This document shows positions 39,673 to 51,859 of a stretch of 64,000 nucleotides of DNA, in pieces. Position numbers and translations under genes: made by a program. The notes under the pieces are model-generated. The model was given only the letters and a program-made list of their open reading frames with translations, made no database searches and was not told where the DNA came from. This DNA is from Octopus bimaculoides (lineage: Eukaryota). The DNA lies in assembly GCF_001194135.2 (NCBI RefSeq), contig NC_068982.1, positions 37,708,046 through 37,772,045 of the forward strand. Reading direction: 5' to 3'. Every line of letters starts with the position of its first letter. Within the stretch, counting starts at the first letter, position 1.

Positions 39673-40829
39673 CTATATACACAATTATATATTAACACGC
39701 GCACACACACACACACACACACACACATACATACATACATACATACATACATACATGCACACACACACACACATGCATGCAAACACAGACAAACAGACAC
39801 ACACAAGTATTCAAATTATTTAGTCAGCTCTCTTCATTAAGTATGTAAGCTCACAGTTACTAGATATGAAATTGAAATTTTTTGGCATTTTGTTGCTTCA
39901 AAGTTAACATCTATACACATGATGTTCTGATATCAAATTATTACATTTTGGTCAAGTAAGGGACAACCACCTGTTGTTTTGTGAAGCTCTTCCTCTGCCT
40001 TGGTGGTATTGCAATAAATTAATTCATCTTACATCATTTGACATTTAGCTAACTTCCAAACAGAAAACTGCCTATAACTAAACACACTAAAAGCCTTAAA
40101 GTCTAATCACATCAACTGTTCTGTAAAATCAAATTGTCATATGGTTGTAAAGCAAGTGCCAAAAGAAGGATCATATTTTTTTTTAATTTTTATTCACTTC
40201 CTTTTAAAAATGGTTTCATTCAGCTTTATTTGATTATGATGTTTAGTGGTCTGCTTGTTAATTATTTCCATTGTTAACAAAATGATGTATTTATTTTTAA
40301 TTATGGTTTACCTGTATTAATATTATTTGTTACATAATTTTAAATGATGCCAATAAGGTTTAGTAATATTTTTTTAGTTTCAAAATAATTAGGTAAATAA
40401 GCAAATATTGAGACAGCTATTGTGTAGTTGACTCCTACCATAATATTTCTAGTTTTATGAAAACAGATATCATTATTACCCTTTTTTACATTTCAGTTAT
40501 GTATTGCTTTCATTTTACTTCAGAATTTTATTGTTGTACTTTGTAACTAAAAGATTCTTTTTATTTTGTTACATTTTTTAAAATAATTTAATTGTTTAGA
40601 GTTGTACAACAAGAAATAGTTTATTTTTTTATCAGAAATAATTACCACTCATACTTTTAGCTTCAGTTTTGAGGTCTGTTTTACATTTTATTTGATTTCT
40701 TTTCAAGTTACTTTTTGCTCGCCATCAAAAGAATTAGTGGTAAATTTCTTAAATTTTTCAATAGTTAGTTTAGTATTAACATTTACTATCTATAAAGGTA
40801 CCAATTTCGTATAAATGTCAGAATGTGTA

Positions 40830-41048
40830 TTTAAATGTTTTGGTACCAACCTGCCTGAAACTGGCTGGGATCTGATACAAATTTTCTGTTTTAAAATGAT
40901 CAAAATTAAAACCTCCCATCAAAATTTCTCATCACTTTATGTCCAAAACGTAAGCTTAATAATGACTTCTAATGAGTTATTGTATTAAACTCTATTACGT
41001 TTTGAAAATTAACAGTGTATTTCAACAGAAATATGGTAACGAGGTTAA
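40830..41048 (+). mobile_element. Decayed TTAA-type MITE, same family as 6316
   Basis: Shared internal sequence; right end atatggtaacgaggttaa. Confidence 0.55.
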
Positions 41049-41089
41049 ATGTATACAAAATAATAAGTATCATGCTAGAAGAATGTTAG

Positions 41090-41367
41090 GGGCATCAAAA
41101 TGCTTTGTGGTGTTTAGTTACAGCCCTCAGCATTCTGATTTCAAATCCCACTAAGGTTGACTTTGTTTTTTTATCTTTCCTGGGATCAAGAAAATAAAAT
41201 ACCTGTTAAATACTGGAGTCAAGGTAATCAGCTAATCCTTAAGCTTTATGCCTAGATTAGAAACAGTTATTATTATTGAGGGAGTGACAAGGCAGCGAAC
41301 TGGCAGAATCATTAACATGCTGGATGAAATGCTTAGTGGTATTAAGCCCATCACTACATTCTGAGTA
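41090..41367 (+). mobile_element. Two tandem SINE family A fragments
   Basis: A 3' half at 41120-41275 with a TTA tail, then a 5' half at 41290-41367. Confidence 0.65.
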
Positions 41368-41370
41368 GTG

Positions 41371-41475
41371 CTGATCCACTTCTTCCTGATCCACTTCTTC
41401 CTGATCCACTTCTTCCTGATCCACTTCTTCCTGATCCACTTCTTCCTGATCCACTTCTTCCTGATCCACTTCTTC
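41371..41475. repeat. 15-bp minisatellite (CTGATCCACTTCTTC) x7
   Basis: Seven perfect units counted. Confidence 0.97.
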
Positions 41476-41699
41476 CTCCGTACTCTATTATCTGCTGATA
41501 CTGTATTCAGAAAACAGCTGTAGTCAGTCTGCATCTTTACTGAACCACTGCCGAGTGAGAGGCCTTCTCTTAAAGGCCCAGCCTCATTTTTGCTATTACA
41601 ATCAGAGCTCTTTCAGAAACTCCTGTCTCTCAAAAATTGCGGCAAGGTAACATTTGTCACCATCGTCATTGCCACTATTATTTTCTGACATCTGATAGT

Positions 41700-42200
41700 T
41701 TCAAGCAACTTTCTATAGCATCATTTGTTGCACCTCTGTGTTGGTAGGGTGGTGTGTGCTGCCTTTTTTGGGGGGAGGGGGATAAAGCGAGGGGAATGGG
41801 GGAATATTGTATTGTATCAGTATGTTTTGTTATGGGGTTTGGTTTTGTATTATTTCTTATATTGTGTGCTGTTTGTGCAGCACAGGTTGTGTTCTGTTGG
41901 ATATCAGCCTTCTATGGCACATGTTGTGGGCTTGTTCATTTTGTTGGGTATTTACAGTATGGGTTTATTCCTGTATATTTTTGGAGAAGTGTTGCATAGT
42001 AGTGTGTGTAATTCATAAATCAGCTATTTCATAGCATTTATGGTTATCTGTCCACTGTTCTTTCTCTTTTGGATGGTTTTGTTGTAGGTCCTGGGCCTGT
42101 TTTTATAGCGTTTACTTTTTTAACTGAACACTGTCCATGGACATGTGTTGATGTTTCTTTCATAGTTAAAATTATTATTGATGCATCAGTGAAAGACTGG
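41700..42200 (-). mobile_element. Possible Penelope-like relic
   Basis: Same TG-rich composition as 31400-32130. The minus strand gives QAHNMCH…ILIQYNIP, loosely like the RAxxICS…LxxNxYP thumb segment. Confidence 0.3.
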
Positions 42201-42235
42201 AAGAAGCGTTGGCATCGTCGTCATCGTTGTCATCA

Positions 42236-42410
42236 AGGTAGCAAGCTGGCAGAATCATTAGCATGCCAGACAAAATGCTTAGTGGCATTTCATCTTTTCT
42301 TTTTTTGTTCTGAGTTCAAATTCTATGAAGGTTGACTTTGCTTTTAATCCTTTCAGGGTTGATAAAAATTTCCAACCTTGTGCCTATAACAGAAAAGATT
42401 ATTATTATTA
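42236..42410 (+). mobile_element. SINE family A, internally deleted
   Basis: aaggtagcaagctggcagaatcattagc…gggttgataaa…ccttgtgcctataacagaaaag(ATT)n. Confidence 0.8.
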
Positions 42411-44453
42411 TCATCGTCATCAACATCATCATCTCATCATTGTTATCGTTATTATTAAAATGAAGAAATATTCTAGATTTAACTTTCAGAGACTGACCCA
42501 ATTTTCTGACAATATTTTGTGTTTGTATTATTTTTGCTTAATGGTTGTTCATATAATTGTCTCTCAAAATCTATCTCAAAATCTATCTGCTATCCTTGCA
42601 TTAATTTTTGTTTTTCTCCTTACTAGGCCATCTTGCAAAATTGATAGAGCATTTAAGAATTCCATTTTGATATTGACCATAACAAGTTTGGTTTCTTTTT
42701 TATTCTTTTATCTCTTAAATTAAATCCCTGAATATTTGAGTTTTTAAAACTTGAGCTATGAAATGAATTGTTAATAAAGGGAAATCTCAATAAGCAAATT
42801 GAGTCAAATTTGATATTTCTGCTTAAATTTACAAGTTATGAGGTCTTATATATATATACATATATATATGATGTGTAAAATAATTGAGAACATACATAAA
42901 TTCTAGCAGCCAAGATGAAAAAAATTTTAAAGTCATGAAAGCAATCTATGAGGAAGTTTATAATGTTATTTTTAATGCTTGAGAAGTTGTTATAGTTATT
43001 TTTTTTTCTGTTTTTACATTAACTCAGTAGTTTAGTTTTTTATTTTATATTTAATAAGAATTCTATACTACACAATAATTTGGTATACCATCCACTAAAA
43101 CTGAATTCATATGTTTTCATATCTATAATGATTGCTTTCAACATCTCTTATTTGTGTAGTGCAATGTAATTCCTTATATTAGTAAAAAAGGAATAGGTTT
43201 GTTATATATTCTCTTAAGCCTTCAGTTGCTGCCTTCTCTGCAGAAGTTTGTAATAATGAGCCCTTTCTGTGTTGCCTTTGCTGAGGACAGCTCTTGACAC
43301 TTATCATACTGGTGATTAATGCAACCTCTATAAATTTATATCTGGTACATTGGTTTGATGGTCTGTCCTGTCAGAAATTCAAATGTATTTTATCTTCTGA
43401 TCATGTAATTTCATTAAGATAGAAATGGAAATTTTCAAATGTTTTGAAATGAATATTTTCATTCATAATATTTTGGGGTTGAGGATATGAAAATTGTTAT
43501 TTTTATTTTTGTTATCATCATCTTCATTGTTTTAGATGAAGTACAAAGTACAAATATGTCTTTTTGTAATTATATTTCATTACATATTAAGTAGGTGTTA
43601 TATGCATTGACCTACTTTAGAGAAGCTGCAGTTTGATATATAATTTTGATAAAAAATAAAAATATTAGTATAAATAAATATTATAGTAAATATTTTAATT
43701 TGAAGTGGTTGTTGTTTTTAGCATAGATTATGTTTGGAAGAGAAAATGAATATGCAATGAAAAAACTGAATAGTTTTAATAACTTAATCCAAATTTTTCA
43801 ACAGTTAATTTGGTGATGGTTTTGTCATTAAACCTGCAAGATAAGAATGTTAGGGTTTCTGTTAATCCATCATGGATGATGTTTTGATAATATCTTAATA
43901 ATTTTGATGTGTTGAAATTTGAATATCATTAAATTATTTGTTCTTGCTCTTATGGAGATACATAGTTAATGACATATATGGTAAAATTTATTGGGGATTA
44001 TTTAAATTCTTTTAAATTATATCAAAAAGAAAAAGCAAACATTTAAAAAAAAATCTCCATTGAGTGAAAACAAAGAAAACTAATATCTTAATTTTGTAAC
44101 ATTTTTCTCTTGGCAATTTGTAGCTTTCTCAGTTAACCCAGGGAGTCAATGTTCAGAGGCTACCCTAAGAAGATGAAAGGGTAAATACAGACTGAGGGTA
44201 AACTTCTGTCTGTATTTAAGAATTAAATATCCTCTAGTATGTATCAACATTTCTATTTCTGTAGAATCTTTTTTTCAGGTTTGCATTGCAAGCAAACCGA
44301 TTTGGTTTTAGTGTTTCCTATTTTCGTCCAGTAGATCTAGTAGTTGTAGTGGCAGTAGCAGTAGCAGCAGCTTCTACTGTTAGTTACTTTTGTCCAATAT
44401 AGCACCGTGTGGTGTGTGCTTTGGTATTTTCTTGGCACCTAGGCACTAGTTGA

Positions 44454-44495
<42 letters not shown>

Positions 44496-44635
44496 GTGTG
44501 TNNNNNNNNNNNNNNNNNNNNNNNNNNNNNNNNNNNNNNNNNNNNNNNNNNNNNNNNNNNNNNNNNNNNNNNNNNNNNNNNNNNNNNNNNNNNNNNNNNN
44601 NNNNNNNNNNNNNNNNNNNNNNNNNNNNNNNNNNN

Positions 44636-44680
<45 letters not shown>

Positions 44681-45784
44681 CTAGCAGTATGGTGGTGTGT
44701 TGGCTGCATTGCATGAAGATGTGGTGGAGGAGTCAAAAGACAAAAACAGATATATATTTAAAGACTTGTCTATGAAAGGGATTACATTTTAGCACAGAGT
44801 CTATCATTGCCAATCTGCCATTACTACCTGCATCAGTAATATCACCACTGTAGGAAAATCAAGTTTTTTTTTTGTTTTGGCTTTTTTAAAAAAAAATATC
44901 TTCTTTAAATGTGTTAATCAAGTGGCACCTGGCACATTTAATAATTCTGCTGTTTCGTTTTACAAATAGAAAACTAACTTAAGTTCCTAATTTGAATATA
45001 TACTTTTAGGTGAATATTTCATTTGTTGTTCTGATATGCTGACGAAATATGCCAATATGATAGAAACATAAAACTGCTTAAGAGCATTTCAATGACAACC
45101 TTTTGTACATTATTTACAATGAGATATTTTCTGTAATTGCTTTCCAGTAATATTTTGGTTGAAGTTTAAGTGTATTTAATGTAAAATTAATTTCTATTCC
45201 TGATATTGTTTGACAATATTGTGTTAATTAAGATTATAATAAATCTTTACCAAATATATCCATAAAAATTGTCTCCTCCACCAATCACAATGATCTAAAT
45301 CATGTAGAAATTTGCAATAAAAAAACATTTTCTCACAAACTGAGATTTTTAAAAATAGATATTAAAAAAAGAAACTTTATTAAATTCAATAAAAAATAAA
45401 TATTTTGAATATATGGGGACATGCACACACATACACACACTTACACACACATGCACACACACATGCACACACACACACACAATGCATGCATGTGCACACT
45501 CAGATACACACACACACACATACACACACACACACATACACACACACACATACACACACACACACACAATTTATTGGAATTGAATTTTTACAAATAGTTA
45601 CTCAAAGCTCCTACGGACAATTATGAAAAAGGGAATATAAAAATAGTATGTCATGGCATACATTGAGTTATGTGAATATCAAGTATTTTCAAAATCCATA
45701 AATATTTTTTTAAATGGAGGCAATAAAATCCATATTATTCTAAATATTTGGAATGTTACTGAAATCTTCTGTTTGGAGGCCTTT

Positions 45785-46180
45785 CATCATCATCATCATT
45801 ATTATTTAGCATCCACTTTCCATGCTGGCATGGGTTAGATGGTTTGACTGGAATTGGTAAGCCAAAGAGCTGTACCAGGTGCCAGTCTGATTTTGGCTTG
45901 GTTTCTACGGCTGGATGCCCTTCCTAATGCCAATCACTCTAAGAGTGTAGTGAGTACCTTTAATGTGTCACCGACATGGGTGCTCTGATGTGTCACCAGC
46001 ACTGGCTACAACTGTGATTTCACTTAATGAATCTTCTCAAGCACAGCAAATCTTCAAAGGTCTCAATCACTTGTCATTGATTCCATGAGACCCAACTTTT
46101 AAAGATCAAGCTTCACCACCTCATCCCATGTCTTCCTTGGTTTACCTCTTCCACAAGTTCCCTCCACAGTTAGAGATCGG
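45785..46180 (-). mobile_element. RTE 3' end linking the ORF C-terminus to the GAT-tailed UTR
   Basis: The minus strand reads LTVEGTCGRGKPRKTWDEVVKLDL and continues directly into the UTR and GAT tail. Confidence 0.85.
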
Positions 46181-47156
46181 AAAAACATAAATATCTTGAA
46201 ATAGAATGAATCGCTTTTCTGTTAGGCAAAATATATAATGCAAATTTGAATGAAAGTGACCATTTTTATATGAAGAATCATGCTCAAGGATGACCATTTG
46301 AATCTGAATGTTGTTGGATTTGTTTCTTTTAAAAAGCAGATATGCTGGGAAAAGCTTGTAATTTTTTTGAATGAAATTTTCTTGAATGAATGGATATGAT
46401 AGTAAAAGTAAATCTTGAAGCTATTCTTGTTAATGTTTGGTTGTGCCTTAGCGCAATATTTCTGGATCTTCAAAAGATGATTACTGTTAAGGGGCAATCA
46501 TTGGAGCAATGACTTTTACATGTAAAAGAAGATAATTTGTTTGAAAGGCTTTTGGAATTATAATGGCCAGTTGAGCTTGTATCTATGATTGAGTGGAAAA
46601 TAGAAAATAAGTGGATTTTAAAAATCTTCGGCAATATTTGTTTGTGTATTTAAACAGAAAACTGGATTATACCACAAAATATTTCTTGGTCTCTTTTATG
46701 CTTGGTTCAAATGGTTCGAGTTCTTTAGTTGTTGGTGAGTTCTGTCTAAATCCAAAATTATTGTATACATATGTTTTAGGAGTATCTTTGTTGAAAAATA
46801 GGTCTACATTCTAATTCTTCTTGATTTTGTCACTTATTTTGCCAGTGAATTTGTTAACAAAATTTTTCCTTTTATACACCCCAAAACATTTTTATCATGA
46901 AAGGTGGGGATTTACAAGTAATTAGTGTAGCATCCATTGATCAAATGCTGTAATTATCTTACAGCTTTTAAAGCCTATTGCTGTGTAAATTTTAAACAGA
47001 TGTTAGTAGATTTTGTTATTTTTTTTTTTTTTGCATATAGAAAATTAAAAGAAAGGAAAATGTGATTATCTTGACCTATTTCACGGTTTTCTGGCCATTC
47101 ATCAGAGAAAAACTATACGTATGTATATTGTATAATAAATACATACATACATACAT

Positions 47157-48057
47157 GATGGCTGTCCACTCGTGACCGAGGAAGACCATTGCCAACCTTC
47201 AGGAACATTGTGCGCTCTAGGACTAGCTTATATTTTGCATTTGTGGCTCTGTTGGTGGCTAATGAGCCCTGCTTTTGACAAGCATACACGACTGCAAACA
47301 TTGCAGACCAAGCTTTCCCCATTCACTATACAAGCCGTGCGCTTTCGCGCAGCTCGCTTAAGTTCTTCATGCTGGATATGTGCTCTCTCAAAAGTGTCAA
47401 TCCCTTCCTTAACCTGCTTCCTCCATCCGTGGCGATGACAGGTATTGTTCTCCCAGTCAGTGTCCTGCATATCACAGGCCTTTAATGAGGACTTGACACA
47501 GTCCTTAAATCGCAGCCTTGGTTTCTGCCGGAGTCTCCTTCCATTCACAAGTTCTCCATATAGCATCTGCTTAGGAATCCTGCTATCCTTCATTCTAATA
47601 AGATGTCCAATCCAACGTAACTGGTGCTTGTGCACCATTGCCTCAATACTCAAGATATCAGCTGCCCTCAAGACCTGTGTGTCTAGAATTTTTGAGGTCC
47701 AGCCAATATTGCGAATGTATCTGAGACATCTCTGATGAAAGTGTTTGTACAGAGTCCATGTCTCACATGAGTAGAGGAGCGATGTCATTTGGACTTAGCA
47801 TCAGCCTGGACAAGACTGTTGTAATGTTCCAGCCTGCACCAGGAAATCCATATGTGAAACCAGCTATCTTGGTTGAAGGAACAATTCTGAAGGTAGTAGA
47901 CAAGTTTGTCTACTTGGGCAGCACACTCAGCCATTCCTGCTCTCTGGATGAGGAAATATCTTTCAGGTTGCAGAGAGCAACTAATTCCTTCTGGTCTCTT
48001 CAGTCTTGTGTCTGGTCCCAGCATGGCATAGCAAGGCAAACAAAAGTTGCTGTGTAC
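47157..48057 (-). mobile_element. BovB-like RTE LINE with inverted 5' segment and C-terminal C2H2 finger
   Basis: 47788-47228 (-): TSLLYSCETW…QLRWIGHLIRM…CNVCSRVCLSKAGLISHQQSH. 47789-48057 (+): FGLSISLDKTVVMFQP…KFVYLGSTLS…QTKVAVY. (ACAT)n on both flanks. Confidence 0.93.
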
Positions 48058-48544
48058 ATACATACATACATACATACATACATGTGTGTATTTTTGGATA
48101 TTTAAATGCACATACAATAGAAGCCACCTACAGTCACAGGTAATTATTATCAAAATAGTTATTGTTAACAAAATTAGTAGATCCCAATTACATTTAATTC
48201 ATTGTTATATATCCTATTGCCAGTTATCAACTGGCTATTGTCATCCAACAAGCTCTGATTCAAAGTGACTACATTTGTTGATGTGCTGGAAAGAAGATAG
48301 GTGGTTTGCATGATATGCTTTCAAATCGCATTCACATAACCCAATGTAACTTTCCTATTCAATTAAGTCATCTTAGAGTATTGCTGTGAATCTGCCTCAA
48401 ATAAGATGGGATTTTATCATACATGCCTAGTCAAGTGGGCAAGTTTCAGGATCTCAACAGTTACACCTGGGAGTGGACTCTTGGTGATACCTACAAGTGA
48501 TAATGTTCATCATGGAACAGCTGCTGTTTGATATTTTAAGGTTG

Positions 48545-48720
48545 TTACTGTCACATAAAAATCACTGGTGCTGGTGCCACGTAAAAAGTACTGGTGATGA
48601 GGCCATGTAAAAAGCACTGATGTTGGTACCATGTAAAAATTACCCAGTACACTGTAAAGTGGTTAATATTAGAAAGGGCATCCAGTTGTAGAAACCATGC
48701 CAAAACAGACTATGGAACCT
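48545..48720 (+). mobile_element. Older RTE-type 3' UTR fragment with 26-bp subrepeats
   Basis: ggtgccacgtaaaaagtact units, then agaaagggcatccagttgtagaaaccatgcc. Confidence 0.75.
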
Positions 48721-48751
48721 GATGTATATAATGGCCTTTCCACTCCCTGTG

Positions 48752-49875
48752 GGGTAGAAGTAGGGGTCCACGAAGGTTCTATCCTCAGCCCCCTCCTATT
48801 TATCATAGTCCTCCAGGCTATAACAGAGGAATTCAAGACAGGATGCCCCTGCGAGCTCCTCTATGCTGATGACCTTGCACTAATTGCTGAGTCACTATCA
48901 GAACTAGAGGAGAAGTTTCAGGTGTGGAAGCAAGGACTAGAATCGAAGAGCCTTAGAGTCAACCTAGCTAAAACCAAAGTCCTAATAAGTAGGAAGGTAG
49001 AAAAATCACAAACCCCTTCAGGTAGATGGCCCTGCTCAGTATGTAGAAAAGGAGTAGGTAGAAACTCTATAAGATACACCCAGTGCAAGCTATGGACACA
49101 TAAGAGGTGCAGCAATATCAAAGGAAGTTTAACTAGGAAGTTAGTTTTTGTATGTAGCAGATGTTCAGGAGCTATAAACACTGTAAATGTGCAGAAAACA
49201 ACTTCTGCCACATTCCAGGGAGAAAAACTAGAAGTGGTTGATAGCTTCCGCTATCTAGGTGACCAAGTTAGTAGTCGGGGAGGGTGCGCTGAAAGCGTAG
49301 CTGCTAGAATAAGAATAGCCTGGGCAAAGTTCAGAGAGCTCTTACCTCTGCTGGTGGCAAAGGGTCTCTCTCTCAGAATAAAAGGCAGACTGTATGACGC
49401 ATGTATACGAACAGCCATGCTTCATAGCAGTGAAACATGGGCCGTGACTGCTGAGGACATGCGTAGGGTCTCAAAAAATGAAGCCAGTATGCTCCAATGG
49501 ATGTGTAATGTCAGTGTGCATACTATACAGAGTGTAAGTACCTTAGAAAAGTTGAACCTAAGAAGCATCAGTTGTGGTGTGCAAGAGAGACAATTGCGCT
49601 GGTATGGTCATGTGGCGAGAATGGATGAGGATAGCTGTGTGAAAAAGTGCCACACCCTAGCGGTTGAGGGAACCTGTGGAAGACGTAGGCCCAGGAAGAC
49701 CTGGGATGAGGTGGGGCGGCAAGACCTTCAAATATTGGGCCTCACCGAGGCGATGACTTCTGACCGAGACCTTTGGAAATATGCTGTGCGTGAGAAGACC
49801 CGGCAAGCCAAGTGAGACCTAAATCCAAGGCCTCTGCCAGGGGTGTAGCCAGCCCACTTATGCGTACCTTTCCTA
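48752..49875 (+). mobile_element. 5'-truncated RTE LINE with an uninterrupted RT C-terminal reading frame (stop at 49815) and embedded PHD-like finger
   Basis: GVHEGSILSPLLF, LLYADDLAL, LRVNLAKTKV, Cys/His cluster at 49033-49164, FRYLG, RWYGHV, RRRPRKTW. The 3' UTR runs into a gap. Confidence 0.95.
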
Positions 49876-51859
49876 NNNNNNNNNNNNNNNNNNNNNNNNN
49901 NNNNNNNNNNNNNNNNNNNNNNNNNNNNNNNNNNNNNNNNNNNNNNNNNNNNNNNNNNNNNNNNNNNNNNNNNNNNNNNNNNNNNNNNNNNNNNNNNNNN
50001 NNNNNNNNNNNNNNNNNNNNNNNNNNNNNNNNNNNNNNNNNNNNNNNNNNNNNNNNNNNNNNNNNNNNNNNNNNNNNNNNNNNNNNNNNNNNNNNNNNNN
50101 NNNNNNNNNNNNNNNNNNNNNNNNNNNNNNNNNNNNNNNNNNNNNNNNNNNNNNNNNNNNNNNNNNNNNNNNNNNNNNNNNNNNNNNNNNNNNNNNNNNN
50201 NNNNNNNNNNNNNNNNNNNNNNNNNNNNNNNNNNNNNNNNNNNNNNNNNNNNNNNNNNNNNNNNNNNNNNNNNNNNNNNNNNNNNNNNNNNNNNNNNNNN
50301 NNNNNNNNNNNNNNNNNNNNNNNNNNNNNNNNNNNNNNNNNNNNNNNNNNNNNNNNNNNNNNNNNNNNNNNNNNNNNNNNNNNNNNNNNNNNNNNNNNNN
50401 NNNNNNNNNNNNNNNNNNNNNNNNNNATATATATGCAAACACGAATTTGTATATGTGGATGTAATGTGTGTGCATTATGTATGTATAATTTACAAATAGT
50501 AATATTTACTTGTTTCAGAAGAATATTCAACATTATATATATTTGTAAACACTGATTTGAGTACAAACTATAAAACGAACATTCTAAGTGAATCAAATTT
50601 TGTTGCTCTTGCTTACCAGATAAATATGCTAATCATTTAATAATATATATGTTACACCTTTTCCTCTCAAATGAAGCAAGTTTTAGCTATAGTACTAAGT
50701 ACTTACATGAACTTCATTTCCACATACTGTCTATGGAATTTGCTTACTACCTTTATATATTTTAAGTTCTTTTTTTCCCAATAAAATCTATCACACTAGA
50801 ATACCTCAGTTTTATTCTGTCCTTACGTTCTCATAAGGACATAGAACGTACCTGAAAAATCACAACTCTTTTATAAATGTATAACAAATATTTACATATA
50901 AAATGAAATAAGTGGGATATGTATGAGTGTGTGCATGTATAAAGCTAGAAGTGGAATATATGTAACATTCAAGCTGGTACTTTGAAGTGCAAGAGGCACA
51001 TATAATATAGATGTGAATCAAGTTTATTGACTGAATCAACTGATGAAAGTATCAATGAGGATAGTGAGGTATCATAAGAGAGCAAACATCCCCAGAAATC
51101 ATGTGAACCAAAGCATAATATGTATAGGTCTACAAGAATAAACAAGGCTATATCAGTAACTAGATACAGTTCTCCCTGTGAGTACAGTGAAAAAAAAAAG
51201 AAAAAAGGAACCAATACAATTCATATAGTAGCCTTGCATGCTTCCCATGAATCTCATACTTACTATGTCATGTAACTTATCCTGATGATCAGGGATCAAT
51301 GCTATTTAACACAGTTACCAGTTTAATGAAGAAAGATTGTTTTTTCCATTGAATAAAACTTTCAAAGATAAAGTACCTCTTGTAACTGTGATTTTGCTTG
51401 AATAAACACTGCACAGTAGAACTGTTGGTCTTGAATAAGTCCATTGTCAGACATATTATATGTATATCATCCACTGATGCCATGAACAGAGTCTTTGAGA
51501 GCATCTTATAAAGGCAACATGATGACAGTCTGTTTCGACAACGCAAAAGTTCAATCACTTTAATTTCAGATTAGTTTCAGAAGCCCTAAAAGGGATCATG
51601 GCTGTTGTCTTCTTCCTCTGACATGGTGTTAAAAAAGAAGAAAATCACTACACAGTAGCTAGGAAACAATTTTATACTTCACTCTTTCTAGTCATAAACA
51701 ACACACAACTCCACAAGATGCTATAAATGCTAAACTTCTGAACCCTTCATGAGCTTTCAAAGAGACTTCCACATATATAATATTACCAACAGTGCAATAG
51801 AAAGACTAAGATTACAATTTAGTGTCAAGAAATACTTCAGCCTTGATTAGTTTTTAACC

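Noticed and set aside
41232-41534. ORFs with (RKKWI)n or (DQEEV)n
   Set aside because: Generated by the 15-bp minisatellite. The EEVDQ frame has TAA TAG immediately upstream, and the downstream part reads through an antisense SINE.
44183-44217. 10-bp-stem hairpin as a possible pre-miRNA
   Set aside because: Only 35 nt, pairing does not extend into the flanks, and it matches no conserved miRNA I recall.
45039-45067. CTGACGA…GAAAC hammerhead-like core
   Set aside because: Stem II does not abut GAAA and no convincing stems I/III or cleavage triplet were found. Other CTGATGA sites also lacked the fold.
48697-48751. ATG start and N-terminus of the 372-aa ORF
   Set aside because: MPKQTMEP derives from an older 3' UTR fragment, and RTE homology begins only at about 48752. 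The ORF is a chance in-frame fusion lacking endonuclease and the first RT motifs, so it is not called a gene.
51155-51281. LHDIGELYLVTDI in the spliced candidate resembling an HD-domain motif
   Set aside because: Spacing and the residues before HD do not fit, and no upstream exon in a compatible phase was found.
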